Source: Klebsormidium nitens (Eukaryota; Plantae; Klebsormidiophyceae). Taken from it: a stretch of 64,000 bases of DNA. A program made the translations under genes and the position numbers. Shown piece after piece: positions 35,284-47,546 of this stretch (within the stretch, counting starts at the first letter, position 1; each line of letters starts with the position of its first letter). The DNA lies in assembly GCA_000708835.1 (NCBI GenBank), contig DF237119.1:98364-162363 (forward strand), read 5' to 3'. The notes beneath the pieces were generated by a model. It was given only the letters and a program-made list of their open reading frames with translations. It was not told the DNA's origin and did not search any database.

Positions 35284-37724
35284 CTACATGAAGACGGATC
35301 CAACAAGGGGCCCGCTTGGGGGATCCCCCCGCATCCTATCGTGGCTGCTTTCGTCCCGGGCCTCCCCCCGGTCACTGGCCTTCTCCTTGCGCTCCTTGGG
35401 ACAGGTTCCCCCGACAACGACGACAGGTACCGGGGAGTGGCTGACCAGGTAATTGCTCACACTGCCCAGCACCATACTGTAAAAACACAACGTAAATGAG
35501 GTTTGAGGGTTTAGAAAACGTGGCTCGGAATGGAGAAACAGAATCGATACTTCCCCAATGAACTGAGACGTGTCGATTGCATCATGTGGGGGGCCTGTGA
35601 GAAGTTTCTCTACAGTAGTTGCCACGTGGAAAGAGCTTTTCAAGGTGAGGACCATTCTGGGAGAGTAGACAAACGCTGAAAGATCTAGAGCGAAGTTGCG
35701 GACTGCGAGTGACTCAGGACCTCACCTGAGAATCGTCTCGAACGAATGGTGCAGATCGTAAGACAGACATCCGTGGCAAAAAAAGGGAATCCGCCTCGGC
35801 CTCCCCGCAAAACAATATGTTTCCTAAGCAGTCCAATCTTCCATTTGAAGACATCTCAACACCAACTGGTACAGGATCCACTTCGAGCGAGGTTTTATGT
35901 TCGTGTCTTCGGTAACGGAGAGCCAAGTTTGAAAGATCAAGGATCTCGAGAACTATCCACATTCTTCACGAACATGTATGAACCTCGAATCGACTTTGGA
36001 AACGAAGTGTAACCCGGGCCAGAAAGAGCAAGAAAGCCCACCTTTTGAACATCCCCCGGCCGCGCCTACCGACCACTACCAGGTCCACAGGGTGCTTCTC
36101 GACGTAGTCGGGGATGAGCACCCGGGGATCGCCCACCAGGACCACCGCCTCCGTCTCGACCTGCCATTAAAAGGGGCATTTGATTACGCGTGATCACCAG
36201 ACGGCTCAGTTTAGCGGCGGGTCTTTTCCGCCAAAATCAAGTGGAGACCGCTAGCGCCAATTGCCGAGTCTCGAGCCGGCGGACTGCGCAGCGACGGAAA
36301 GTTCGCAATTGCCGTGAAACAGTCGCCGCTCAATGACGTAGCTCTGACGTAGGTGGAACTGCCTGTTTCAAGACCCGCCGGGGATTGTAGATTCGGGGCG
36401 GAAAGTATTTGGAATCTGATCAGCGGGAGTAACTGTTCTGGGGCTGAACCCAATCTGGAAAAGGGATATGAAAATCGGGCAACGGCAGAAGAACCAAGGT
36501 GGTTCTGAACTTTTGAGAAGGCTAAGTCCATAAAATTGATGCATTTCTCAGTCTGAGAAGCTTCCCAACAAAGGTCAATCTAAGCAATCCGCCTGCTGAT
36601 TTGGATTCTGTGCCTCGAAGAAGCCTACGAACCAAGCCACGCGTTAGAATATGAGTTCAGAACGACCCTTGCAACAAATTTGTATCCAATCTGGAAAGAA
36701 GTTTTCGTACCGGAAGTTTGCACTTGAGATTCTCGACGTTGGAGAGGCACTCTTGCTTGAGCAGGTCCTTCACCACGGTCATCCCATCCTCATCGAGGCC
36801 TGCAAAATCTGCGGTGGCAGCGAGAAAGAGGAATTGACAAAGCACACAATCAAAAGCCGCGAACGAAACCGGGACATCCCAAAAGTTGGCACCCTGCTCG
36901 GCGGCTCAGTTATCTCTTGGGGCTCTCTTTTAACCCTCATGGGCTCTGTAATCCTGCCCCTAGAGGCCCCCCACCTGAAACGGATCAATATGTACCAAGT
37001 ACGACGTAGCAAAACTCTCCCCAAGATGGATCTTTTCGCAGTATAAACAGATTATCGGCCACAAGGCAGCCGAGGGAGGATACATGCAGCCGTGAATTTA
37101 GCTTGAACAAGCCTCCGTGCTGTCAAATTGATTTGGGCCGGAGCCAATGCCTACTAAAATAATGAAGTGAAGTGTCTATGCACAGAGACAATATGTATGA
37201 ATTTGACATTCCTAGGAACCAAATGGTTCTAAGGTGACGTAGAGATCAAGTCATCCTCTGCATGGATTGCAGATCCTCCACAATCGCCCACTTAAAGAAA
37301 GTCGGTCCATTTCATGTATCTCAATGGACTCGCACCCAGAAAATTGCAGATTTCAGCTCAGTGAGGGACAACACAAGCATGGAGTTGAAGACTCATGCCG
37401 CGCTTTTGCGTCATAATCAGGAATGAAATTGAAAGGAGGCGAGTTGTCTACTCACAAACGCGCAAGCGTCGCATGCTTGTTTCCTGTTCCACATTGGGAG
37501 CCCACCTGAGACGTCCTTGTATACAACTCACCCCGAGTGTCTTGTATCGCCTGAAAGAGTACAATCCTGTCGCCCTTCTCCGGGTCCACCAGCTTGTCTA
37601 CCGCAAACTGGAGCGCGCGCGCGGCCGCGTCCGAGTTGTCGAACGCGCACAGGACGCGCTTGCCGTCCGTGCTGCCTGCGCGCCGCGCACCTGCTTCGTT
37701 GCATGATTTGTCCTTGGAAGCCAT
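35284..37724 (-). CDS. Universal stress protein paralog F
   Basis: Exons 37724-37532, 36808-36711, 36160-36042 and 35476-35284. Motifs VLCAFDNSDAA, GDPRVLIPDYVEKHPVDLVVVGRRGRGMFKSMVLGSVSNYLVSHSPVPVVVV. Confidence 0.94.
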
Positions 37725-38706
37725 GTGCCCGCGCGCTTGGAATGGAAGGATTGCGGAAAGAAGTCCCTGTCTACGAAGCGGAATTCTGGTCGAACCGCGC
37801 GCAAAGTAAGTGGAGAATCGGGTCCTCCCTGCCCTTTCGCCTTTATTGCGCGCTTTCTTTGAACCTATTCCAAGTTTCCCTCAGCTCAGAATCTGGGCTT
37901 TTTCTGGTTTCCTTTGCGTGCCTTATAGGATCTTACATGCATTCACCTCCAACTTGATCGAAGTAACATGCAAGAAGGCTTGCGTTCTCTCTTAAAGACC
38001 CAATTTGACGAATATCGCAAACACTTGTGATGCGGTACCCATATCAGACCTCCAGCATTGAAGAGAGAGGAGTCTTCGGTTTTTGGCCACGCCGTATGGT
38101 GCTCATTTCGAAAGTCTGAAACCTGGTACGGATGTTTGCTCGACAATGTCCTCGAGTTTCCCAGGTAAGACGATTTTCGCGCGCTCAACTCTGAACCAAA
38201 TCAAGACTCCACCTTCGATTCGATACCGCTGAACTCTATACGACTGGGTGACAATGCTGGTTCAATCGTCCAGAACCTCAGTCTCTGCCTTCGTTTGAGC
38301 AGGAAAGGTTCCCAGATTCCTCATGTTGTGCACTTCTAAAGACGCGCCCTTCTATCCGGTGAATGATCGAACGAGTCGACCCTCCAACATTGTAAACCAG
38401 CTGTGAAGTGTCGACCAAAAAAGCTGCAGTTTCCCAAGAATCTTTAGATGATAGTAACCAGAGGCAGTTTCAAAGCGAGCAGGCGCCTCATGCAAACGCG
38501 TTCAGGCCTTCGCGCGCCGTTGCTATGCAATCCTCTGATTGCGAATCCTTCCAGCCCTTTATTCCAGACCCAGAATTCCTGGTGCCCTTCTGAATTTTGC
38601 TTGAAGTCTGCGTTCGAGAGTCATGAGTTCCTGCTGAGAAGCGCGCTTCTTCAGGGCAGCTGAGAGAAAAATTCTTCATCCTAGCTTCCCGTGCGCCCAC
38701 CAGAAC

Positions 38707-41416
38707 ATGGCGTCCGCCCCCGTGAAGACGGAATGTCCGTCGGAACCGCCTCTGCCCCGGAAGCCGTCCGAAACTGGCCGGGGCAAGCTCATCCTGTGCG
38801 CGCTGGACAATTCGGACGGGTCCGCAGCGGCGCTGCAGTTCGTGCTGGACAGGCTGGTCAAGCCGGAAGATGGCGACAAATTAATCCTGTTCCACGCGGC
38901 CAAGGACATCGACCTGAGTGAGCCACGTGGCACTCGTTGATTGGAAGAGCATTTGGACTGTGCTGTAAACGTGGTTGGAGGGCGAACTTGGTCTGGTTCT
39001 GGAGACTCGTTGGTTCCAGGGAAGCGTTCCCTCTGAGGTCATAGACGATTTTTGTCCGCATTCGCAGACATTGCGTGTCCTCTTGAAGCTTTCTGGGTTG
39101 CTTGGGGGCGTATTCCTAGTTTCGTGTGAAATGGTGGTCTACTTGGATTGCGTGCACGACAGACTCTTCGAGGATGTACCAGTCAGCTGTTCTTTGGAGA
39201 CATCAGCTTTAGGAAGTAGGCATCAGTTTTGGTGGTAGTAAGCTTGTTTATTCTCGGTTACAAAACACAGCTCGCATCAGTGGCAGGAAGGGGGATCCTG
39301 CCACTTTTGCTTCTCAGAGCTTCTGACCCAGTTCAGGTCCTTATACATGAATCCAGGCCCTAGCGAGTTGTTAGTTTTGAGGCGGAGGTTGTGAAGCACG
39401 TACGCCTCTGCTGGTTGCTCGATATCGGGAGCTCACTCTTTTAATATGTATCTAGAAGCATCATGTGTCCGCATTTCCAAAGATGGTCAAATTGTCAGAT
39501 CTTATTGTGTTATCGCTCAATAGCTGATTGTTCGTAGCAAGGGGGAATCCAGAAACTTTGTTGTGACAAAGATCTTAAAGACCCTTCCGGATCCGGCCGC
39601 GGCCCCGCCCCATTGCAGTTGCGTCTCGCAGATCCGCACCAAGGCCTAGGCATCGAGCTTTCCGTCAATTTTACCATTTTGCTGAATTCTGAGCTTGTTT
39701 CCTGCAGTCTGCACCAACGCGGAGCTCATGTTTGTACCCGACAGTGACATCGACGTGATGCAAGATCGCATCAGGCAAAAGTGCGTTGACGCTCTGGAGA
39801 TGCTAAAGCCTGAAATCCAGGTGAGCGAGTCGTTTAGTGTCAAAGCTGGCCGTTTCCTGGTTGCATGATCAGAGATACCGCGCAGCACTGCCGAGGGCTG
39901 ACCCGAATGCGACGATGCACATTTCCTCTCCGCTCTAGGCCTTCTCGGGTCCGCTTCTGTGAAGTGGTCCTACTTCTGGGCCGCTTGGGATTGGCAGCCA
40001 TCATTTTGTACTTTTTTGATTGCCTGGGACTGTGCACGCTGAGCTGATCGTTCTTTACATAAACTGACCAAGCTTCTGGCGTGGGCAGTCAGGGAAACTT
40101 AAAGCATCTTTATCAGTTGCAAAACCCAGATCGAGGCCGGAGATGCAGAATTTTCGTCTTAATGGGAAGGGCATTTGAATCATCGCCTTCGACCGCCAAA
40201 CGGCCCTGACAGCGTCTTCTACCGTAGAAAGAAAGCTCGCAACCCCGTCCTGCGTCGAACAGGAGGCGCCCCCATCAAACTCGCTAAAGACTGCGCTTTC
40301 TAGACAGGTTTGATCATTCGTATCAAGCCTAATCCAAATTTTCCGAATCTGCACAGGTGGAGACGGAGGTGGTCGTGGAGGTGGGGGATCCCCGGCAGCT
40401 GATCCCCGAACACGTGAAGCAGCACCACGTGGACATGGTGGTGGTCGGAACACGTGGCCGGGGGCCATTCAAGAGGTGGGCTTCTTGTTCGCACAGGAGA
40501 TGTTGGCAGCTAACCAGGCGAGCTACCAGAGTTGATTCTTAGATTGATTCTACAAATACCCGGGACTTAAACCTTGTTCCGAGGCTGGTTCCCGCCCAGA
40601 TCTGGTTATCGGACGTATAACCACTTACTAACCAAACCAGAACCGATTCAGAACCATCCTTGGTTAAGGGCCAAAATTTCCTGTGTCGGAGCCGTTTCTC
40701 GTCCCCCCCCCCTCCCCGATTCTCTGTCCAGCTCGCTTTTCCGTTTCCGAGCTTTTCTTCTTCCCTTTGACGCGGGCGGTCGTTCTTGGGACGGGTAATC
40801 TAAACTGTGGACTTCTTTGTCTCGCGATTCTTGATCTGCCACAAAAAATGGTGGAAAGTCTCCAGCCACCTTGGCAACTTCCCCCTCGAGCGACTCTCTT
40901 TCGCGAAGACATCGCCTACGCTCGATTTGTCCACCCTTCTTTTCGTATCCCTCCGTTCTTCCGATGCCCCGTGCTTGAACAATTCAGACGCTCCTCGGGA
41001 TCGATTCAAGCAGCGACGAATCTTAAGGCCTTGTATCACGAAGTAAGGACTCGTTTCTGGACATCCTCTTTCGCACTTTTCCAAGCAGCGTCCTTCCATA
41101 CTTGTTCGAGTAAACACTCTTTTCAAAGGAAAACCCTCGCCTTCCTTACGGACTCAGCCAGAAGATTGTATCCGCCATCCGCCGTGTGCAAGTCCACTAA
41201 CCGAGCACGGTTAGCGGTGGGTTATTCCCTTCGAATCGACGCAAGTTTCTCCGCTTCTACTGCAGCCTCCTTTTGGGCAGCGTAAGCAGCCACCTGTCCA
41301 GGCACTGCCCGGTGCCGGTTCTTCTCGTCCCCACCCCCAAGTCGCTACCGCACGATGAGGCGCGCAAGAAACCCGCTTCTGAACCGGGAAGTTCGCCGGG
41401 GAAGGAGCAGGTTTAG
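38707..41416 (+). CDS. Universal stress protein paralog G
   Basis: Exons 38707-38917, 39708-39820, 40357-40475 and 41266-41416. Motifs ILCALDNSDGS, GDPRQLIPEHVKQHHVDMVVVGTRGRGPFKSLLLGSVSSHLSRHCPVPVLLVP. Confidence 0.94.
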
Positions 41417-42550
41417 GGTTTAGCTGGGCGCCGATCGGAACGCGGCTGGTGGGCTCCGATTGAGCTCGGTCGAAGACACTCCTGACCAATCCTGGGCTCT
41501 TGGTTGCGGCCGCGGCATGTAGGAGAGCCTAAGCTTTATATCGAACGTACTGTTTACTGCAGCTAAGAAGTGTGAAATCTCAACAGGGAGAGACGTGCTA
41601 GACCGCTTGCAATCTGGGGCCCTACTAGTGTGTGACGTTGTAATGGGAAATGTGGTCGTCGAATTGTCTTCCAGAAGTATCCAGTAGTCTCAAAACTTCG
41701 TTGAGACAAGCGGATACATAGCAGAGGGTACGATAGAGGGTACTTCATAAATATATTCTGTACCGTTCGAAACATGCCCTGACGTACGGGCCCTCGCCTT
41801 GATCTGTCTTTGTTGCAAGTGGCGAATGTAGAACTCCAAGCTAGGAGAACAAAAACCAATGAGAAGGGCAGAAGAGGGAAACCTCACTGCAGAGGGTCAC
41901 ATGATGGAGTGCAATGCCCGAGAGTCTTCTACTACGCCGTATGCTGTGGCTCCACGATTTTCGCATGATGCGTGCACTACTCCGAGGCTCCTATCTGTCG
42001 CTTTTAAGCCCATGGTACATTCTGCTCCTCGTACTAAGACCAGCCTGGACAGTCATCATGCGGCTGATTGCTTACTCGAACCGTCCCGGTTCCATTCGAC
42101 ATTTGCCCGTTCCGTTCCATCAATTGTTGGCTAAAAGAAGGATGATGTCATCAATACATAACTAACCCCCGCCCACTACTCTAAAGCGTAAAGTGGGCCA
42201 CTCGTGCGAAGGTTGGAAGCCTCTTCCAAGCGCTAGAAATCGGCGCCCAACTGACGTTAAACATGCTCGCTATTGCATAATGGGCGTCTATTACGTTAAA
42301 AAAGGCGAGCGCATGCTTTGCGTACATGCTCAATGCGAACGTAGTGGCGTCAGATTGACTTGAAGGGGCATGCGCTGCACATATAAGTTACGTACTTCAG
42401 CTCTACGTAAGCACACCCTTTCAGTGACTTCCATGATGCATACTCCAATGATGTTTAAGACACATGTACCGTAATCTTAAAAGTAGCTTAACCTTCGATG
42501 GGCATCGTGTCAAAATATTTGTGCAATGGCGTCTGGACCTCCGGAAAAAA

Positions 42551-43029
42551 ACCGGCCACCAGGGGGGTGCGGTCAGAAATAGAGACGAAAAACACCGGCC
42601 ACCAGGGGTACCCAAGCCCCGGCGAGGAACAATTTGAGATTAGATATATACGACGATGGGGCCTGCAATCAAATTGCTCCACGTTGAGAATTCGAACCAA
42701 TCTACTTACAGAGGACTAGTGTGCGATTCAGAGCCGTATAAGACAACAACTGGGTTACATATGCGGCTGGACCCTTCATTTTTTTAGACAAAACCCGTTT
42801 TGGCATCTCGTCCTAGACCGGTCGGTTGGTGTGGCCTGTCCCATGCGGCTTCTCGCAGGGGGCGGGCAACCAATTTGGTACATATATACGAGGTTGAGCG
42901 TTTACTTATAGGCAGACTTTTCGACAATTTTGTGGGTTTTGATTGCTGATGAAGATGCTCAACCGGGCACCGGCCACCAGCCCCCTCGACTCTTCGCCAG
43001 GGAGCTTCGAGAACCGGCCACCAGCCCCA
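42551..43029 (+). repeat. Four copies of the 12-mer ACCGGCCACCAG in two pairs, between convergent USP-G and USP-H
   Basis: Copies start at 42551, 42594, 42969 and 43013 (pair spacing 43 and 44 nt). The left copies are followed by G-runs and the right copies by C-runs. Confidence 0.8.
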
Positions 43030-43781
43030 TCAAAGAGATTCGAAAAAGCGGATGTCCGGACGCCACTGCATAGGTGTTTTGACACGATGCCATGCGAGCA
43101 TCATCGAGGTAGCGTGTAACTCTCTCGAGAGCTTGAAGAGCACCAGCCTCAAAGGGAGGCATGACTCTGCATGTTTCCACACCAGGTTCTTGTAACCTGC
43201 AGACTCAAGTACGGCGACTCCCTGCTTAGCCCGAGAAGCTTCTGACAAGGTTATTTGGGCAGGACGGACATCAAGGTGCCGCTAGCAAGCATCTGCAGAA
43301 TTTGGGCACTCTACTTTGTGCACTAGTAGATACGTAGTAAGTAAATGAGGAAAAGGGGGAAAGAAAAGGTCGTTGGGCTTTTTGATTGAAAATATACAGG
43401 AGGTAGGAGTTTCCATAGACGCACTTCTATCGGGTTCGTTTGTCACGGAGCAACCGAAGTATGTGATCTTGAAGCCCGTTCCGCAGAACATTTTTTCTTA
43501 GCACGTGACTACTCTAAAACGGAGATACTGCATCTCTTCTAACGTACTATACAAACTCGTCTTTCGACAATAGGTAAATCGTACAGAGTCCTATTGAAAT
43601 TTTAGAAGGGTCCAACGAGAGACCGCTCCTTGCTTATGTACTCCTTTCTTGCATACAAACCCGTTCAATACATTGCACAAAATCTCTCTTCCATCTGACA
43701 TAGGCCATACCGTCATCAACAGCTGTCTTTTTGAGCGCCGTCTGCACGCACATGCTCCTGATGACGTCAGCGCCAGCGCTT

Positions 43782-46194
43782 TCAAGAAGCGGTCGCGTCG
43801 CTTTCCTTCTTCAGAAGCGATGCGGCAAACCTGGGGTTTGGGACGACGAGCACCGGAACCGGGCAGTGGCTGACCAGGTAGCTACTCACACTGCCCAGGA
43901 ACAGACTGCAGAGAACGTCGGGAAAACAGTAACGAATCTGCTCCCAAGCATCGAAAACTTTTGCGGGTTGAGAGTTCTCTTGTGCGAGTCGTTTTAGGAC
44001 CGGCTCTTGATGTCTTGCTGCCTCGGCCAGGTTCATGTTGTTTATCCCCACGGTTAGCTTCTTGCGGGTAACTCACAGCTTTTCGCATTTTGCTTCTTGC
44101 TGAGGGGCTTTGCGAAGCAGGCAAGGATCCTATTAATTGACCTACGAGGATCCAGAACAGTCTTTCCAGACAGGATCTGGGAAAGCACATGCAGGCGCGA
44201 TAATCTAAGATAGGGCATCGAGAAAAGATGACAACTCAGACATCCGCCTTCAAGGTAAGTCGATGGAATATGCTCGAATCTTCCGGTACAAACCAGATGC
44301 TGCCTCGAAGCGAGGGAGAACGTGACAACAAGCGGTTTCCCAATCGGAGTTGCGAGGAGCTTCTGGGCTGTCTAACAGTAGCCTGTTGACAGCAACCGAA
44401 CTTTCTTTTTCCTTTTCAGGAGCCGCTTTGGACGCAAGCACTGCCCTAAAACGGGACAATTCGTCTCCTAGGACTTAGACACGAAGGGATTTCGGCCTAC
44501 TTTGCGAGCTTATTTTCGAACTCTTGCCGGATACCTTGGCAAAGTCTTGAACTAGTTTGTTCCGGGAGAGGGGTTTGATTGGATATGACTCTTTGCGTCC
44601 GCATACGAGGCCGAAGACATTCAAGAAACCCAGCATACAGAAAAGGTTTTCAGATGACGTGGCAGATTTTTACTTCTGCACGGAGGAGCCCACCTCTTGA
44701 ACTTGCCCCGCCCCCGTGTACCGACCACCACCATGTCAACCGGATGCTTGGTGACGTAGTCAGGGATCAGCTGCCGGGGATCCCCCGGGAGAACCACCAA
44801 CTCGGCGTCTACCTGTGCGAACGGAAGGAGAGTGCAAGTATCAGACACGGCCAATTTGAGTCGCGGCTCGATAGGCGAAAGAAACTTGTATTTGTCCTCC
44901 AGAACAGATGATGGGATTATTGGAGCTTTGGAGCTCCAGTTTGGTCTGGTAGAGGTGCAGTTCGGCGTCTGATTGTTAAAATCAGCTGTATGTAAGGGCG
45001 CTGATCCAAGCCCCTAATTCCGTGCTGGGGTGACCGAATGTAGATCTTGCAGGATAGGACGAGCGGACTTTACAAAACCGACCAGGCAACCCACACGAAA
45101 GAACGGCAGGCTGCTGAATTGATTTTGTTAGTACCAATTGTAATTGAACTTCATGCATATTTGTTGCCTAGCTATGTGCTTCTAGCTCGCTTCTGGCTCA
45201 AAAGGGGGAATTTTAGCTACACTCGCAGCAGAAAGTTTGTGCCGTCTTAAATCGACGGGGTACAAGATTAACGTTGTAATCGGTTCAATATGACCAGAGG
45301 GACTCCTGGGGTACATAAGTTGACTTTGGGGATAGGATTTCTGCAATCAGGGTGATATGAAAGTACCTGGAGACACCTCTCACCAGCTGGTTGCTGGAGA
45401 AGCTTTTAAGCATTTGAGCAGAGACTTCACTGCCTACCTTGAATTGTTCCTTGATCTTCTTCAGGTTGGACAAGCACAGCTCCACGAGGCGCTCTTGGGC
45501 GGCGGCAATCTGGTTGTCTGGGACGAACATGAACTCCACGTCATCATACACTGTAGAACCAAACAAGAATATAAGGCTTCGCCACAGACTCTATCCACAA
45601 CGCTTTGCTTAAAGGAAACTTCTCAAAGCAGACTTCTCAAAGCGGACTTCTCTTTGAGTGGACAGGGCCTGACAATGAGAACAAGCGTGTGTTCACAGGA
45701 TCGTCCTACGTTGTTCTTTGAGGTGTGACTATCATACGCTGAATACGACACACGTCGTCAAGTTGAACGAGCACAGAGTTCGTCACAGGTTCGTCAAAAT
45801 AAGTTGACTGCGTCGCAAGCGTCTCCTGAGATTTGATTATAACGGAGATGGCTTTGCTATACAAGCCTTTGACCGCAATGCCTTGCAAAATCTAGCTGAA
45901 CGTTTTGACTCAAAGTTGTGCAGGGCAGTGCAGCTGAATTCAAGCAAGACAATCTAGTAGCACCAATCCTGCTCAACTCAAATCTCAAATTGCTCAACTC
46001 GCAAGCTTACTGTCAATGACCCTTGCCGCCTGGAACAGGATGAGCTTGTCGCCATCCTCCGGTTTCACAAGCGCATCCAGCACGAACTGCAGCGCCAGCG
46101 CGGACGCGTCCGAATTGTCCAAAGCGCACAGCACGCGCTTTCCGAGGGTGGCCTTCGACCGCCGGTTGCTTGTGGCGATCTCTTTGGAAGCCAT
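43782..46194 (-). CDS. Universal stress protein paralog H
   Basis: Exons 46194-46011, 45550-45438, 44812-44694 and 43905-43782. Motifs VLCALDNSDAS, GDPRQLIPDYVTKHPVDMVVVGTRGRGKFKSLFLGSVSSYLVSHCPVPVLVVP. Confidence 0.94.
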
Positions 46195-47546
46195 GTGGCG
46201 AGGGGCGTGAGCTGTTTTGAAAGGAACTGAGGGAGCGCAGGTCAGTGCAAAATGCGTAGTGTGGAATCTGCTCGGCAGCTCTAAACTCGTGGATTGCTCT
46301 GAAAAAGGACGGAGCAAGAATTCTTCTTTTCACGGATGAGGGGTCCAATGCAACTCGTTTGAGAACGGGTCCTGCTGCCACCGTATGAGAGCTTGTAATG
46401 ATCCACTGGAGCTCCACTGATACATTAGCAAATCTCAAATACACGGGGAATTAAACCAGCAGCTTTGCTAGACCCCCGGCGCAGTGATTGTGCTGAGTCA
46501 GCTTGGTTCAAGCACCCGGTGGGTGACGTTGGACTTGCAATTAAGGCTCCAAGCAGTACTAGTAAGGACAGGGCCGACCGTACACTTTAAATAGAAGCTA
46601 GCAGAGTGTGGGCGGATCTGTACTGTCCAAGGCCAAGCTAAGCCGGCTTACCTAGTATTGCACCGTCCTGCCCGGCAGACCGGCCCCCGCCCCCCGCCCG
46701 GCGCTCTCACTGGTTTGATTTCGCCATCATGTCGGCCGACGCTTCTCTTGAAAGCAACAGGTTGGCGATTTCCTGATTGGAACGGAATTTCACAGCCCGG
46801 GCGTCAAAGGAAACCAGCTAACTTTTTTTCCTGCGCCAAACCTTAGAATAATCTTACTGCGCCAGTGCTCAAGTGCTGATCTGGCGGCTGCTGAACAGTG
46901 AAAAGACGCAGCGCGGTGAGCGCGTCGCCCCCGCGTCGCCTTTCCGCGTCCTGCTTTGCAGAAAACGCAATCAGGAATATTCTTGCAACCCCACGTCAGT
47001 TGCCAGCTTGTCCGTTCAGTCCACCGGTCATCATTCTTGCAAGCTCGGGAGTCGGTACAACCGGAGTCCGCATGCCGACATCCAGGGCACCGCATTGTAC
47101 GGCAAAACGTCGGCGGCGCGCCGGCATTAACGACGTCCGGACTCCGTACACACTTAAACGGTCAGTCTTTTGCACGCGCGTTTACACGCGCATAAGCCGC
47201 AGCAAGCGAGTCGGCGCACTCCTTCATGGCCCCCCTGACTCATACTACGGTAGTCATAGGAGGCCCACAGGAGGGTGCTCTTCAGGAGAGCAGATGAGAA
47301 TCAGACATGCCTGATCTATGTATGGCTTCGATCAGGAAGGGGCACGAGTTGAGAGCGGAAAAGGCGGCCCATTGCACATGTGTGTAGGCAATTGCGACTT
47401 TGATCAGTCGATATTCTGGGGTGGGGCAGTTGTTAGCGAACAGCATGCGCGCCGGTCCGGTGTCCTTTCTTGAGACGCCCGGTGCACTTAGAATGTGCCC
47501 ATTCTTATGAGAGAGGATCAATGCAGTAAACCCCCTTCACTTCGCT

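Noticed and set aside
41411-41422. TTTAGGG telomere-like motif
   Set aside because: There are fewer than two full units, overlapping the USP-G stop codon.
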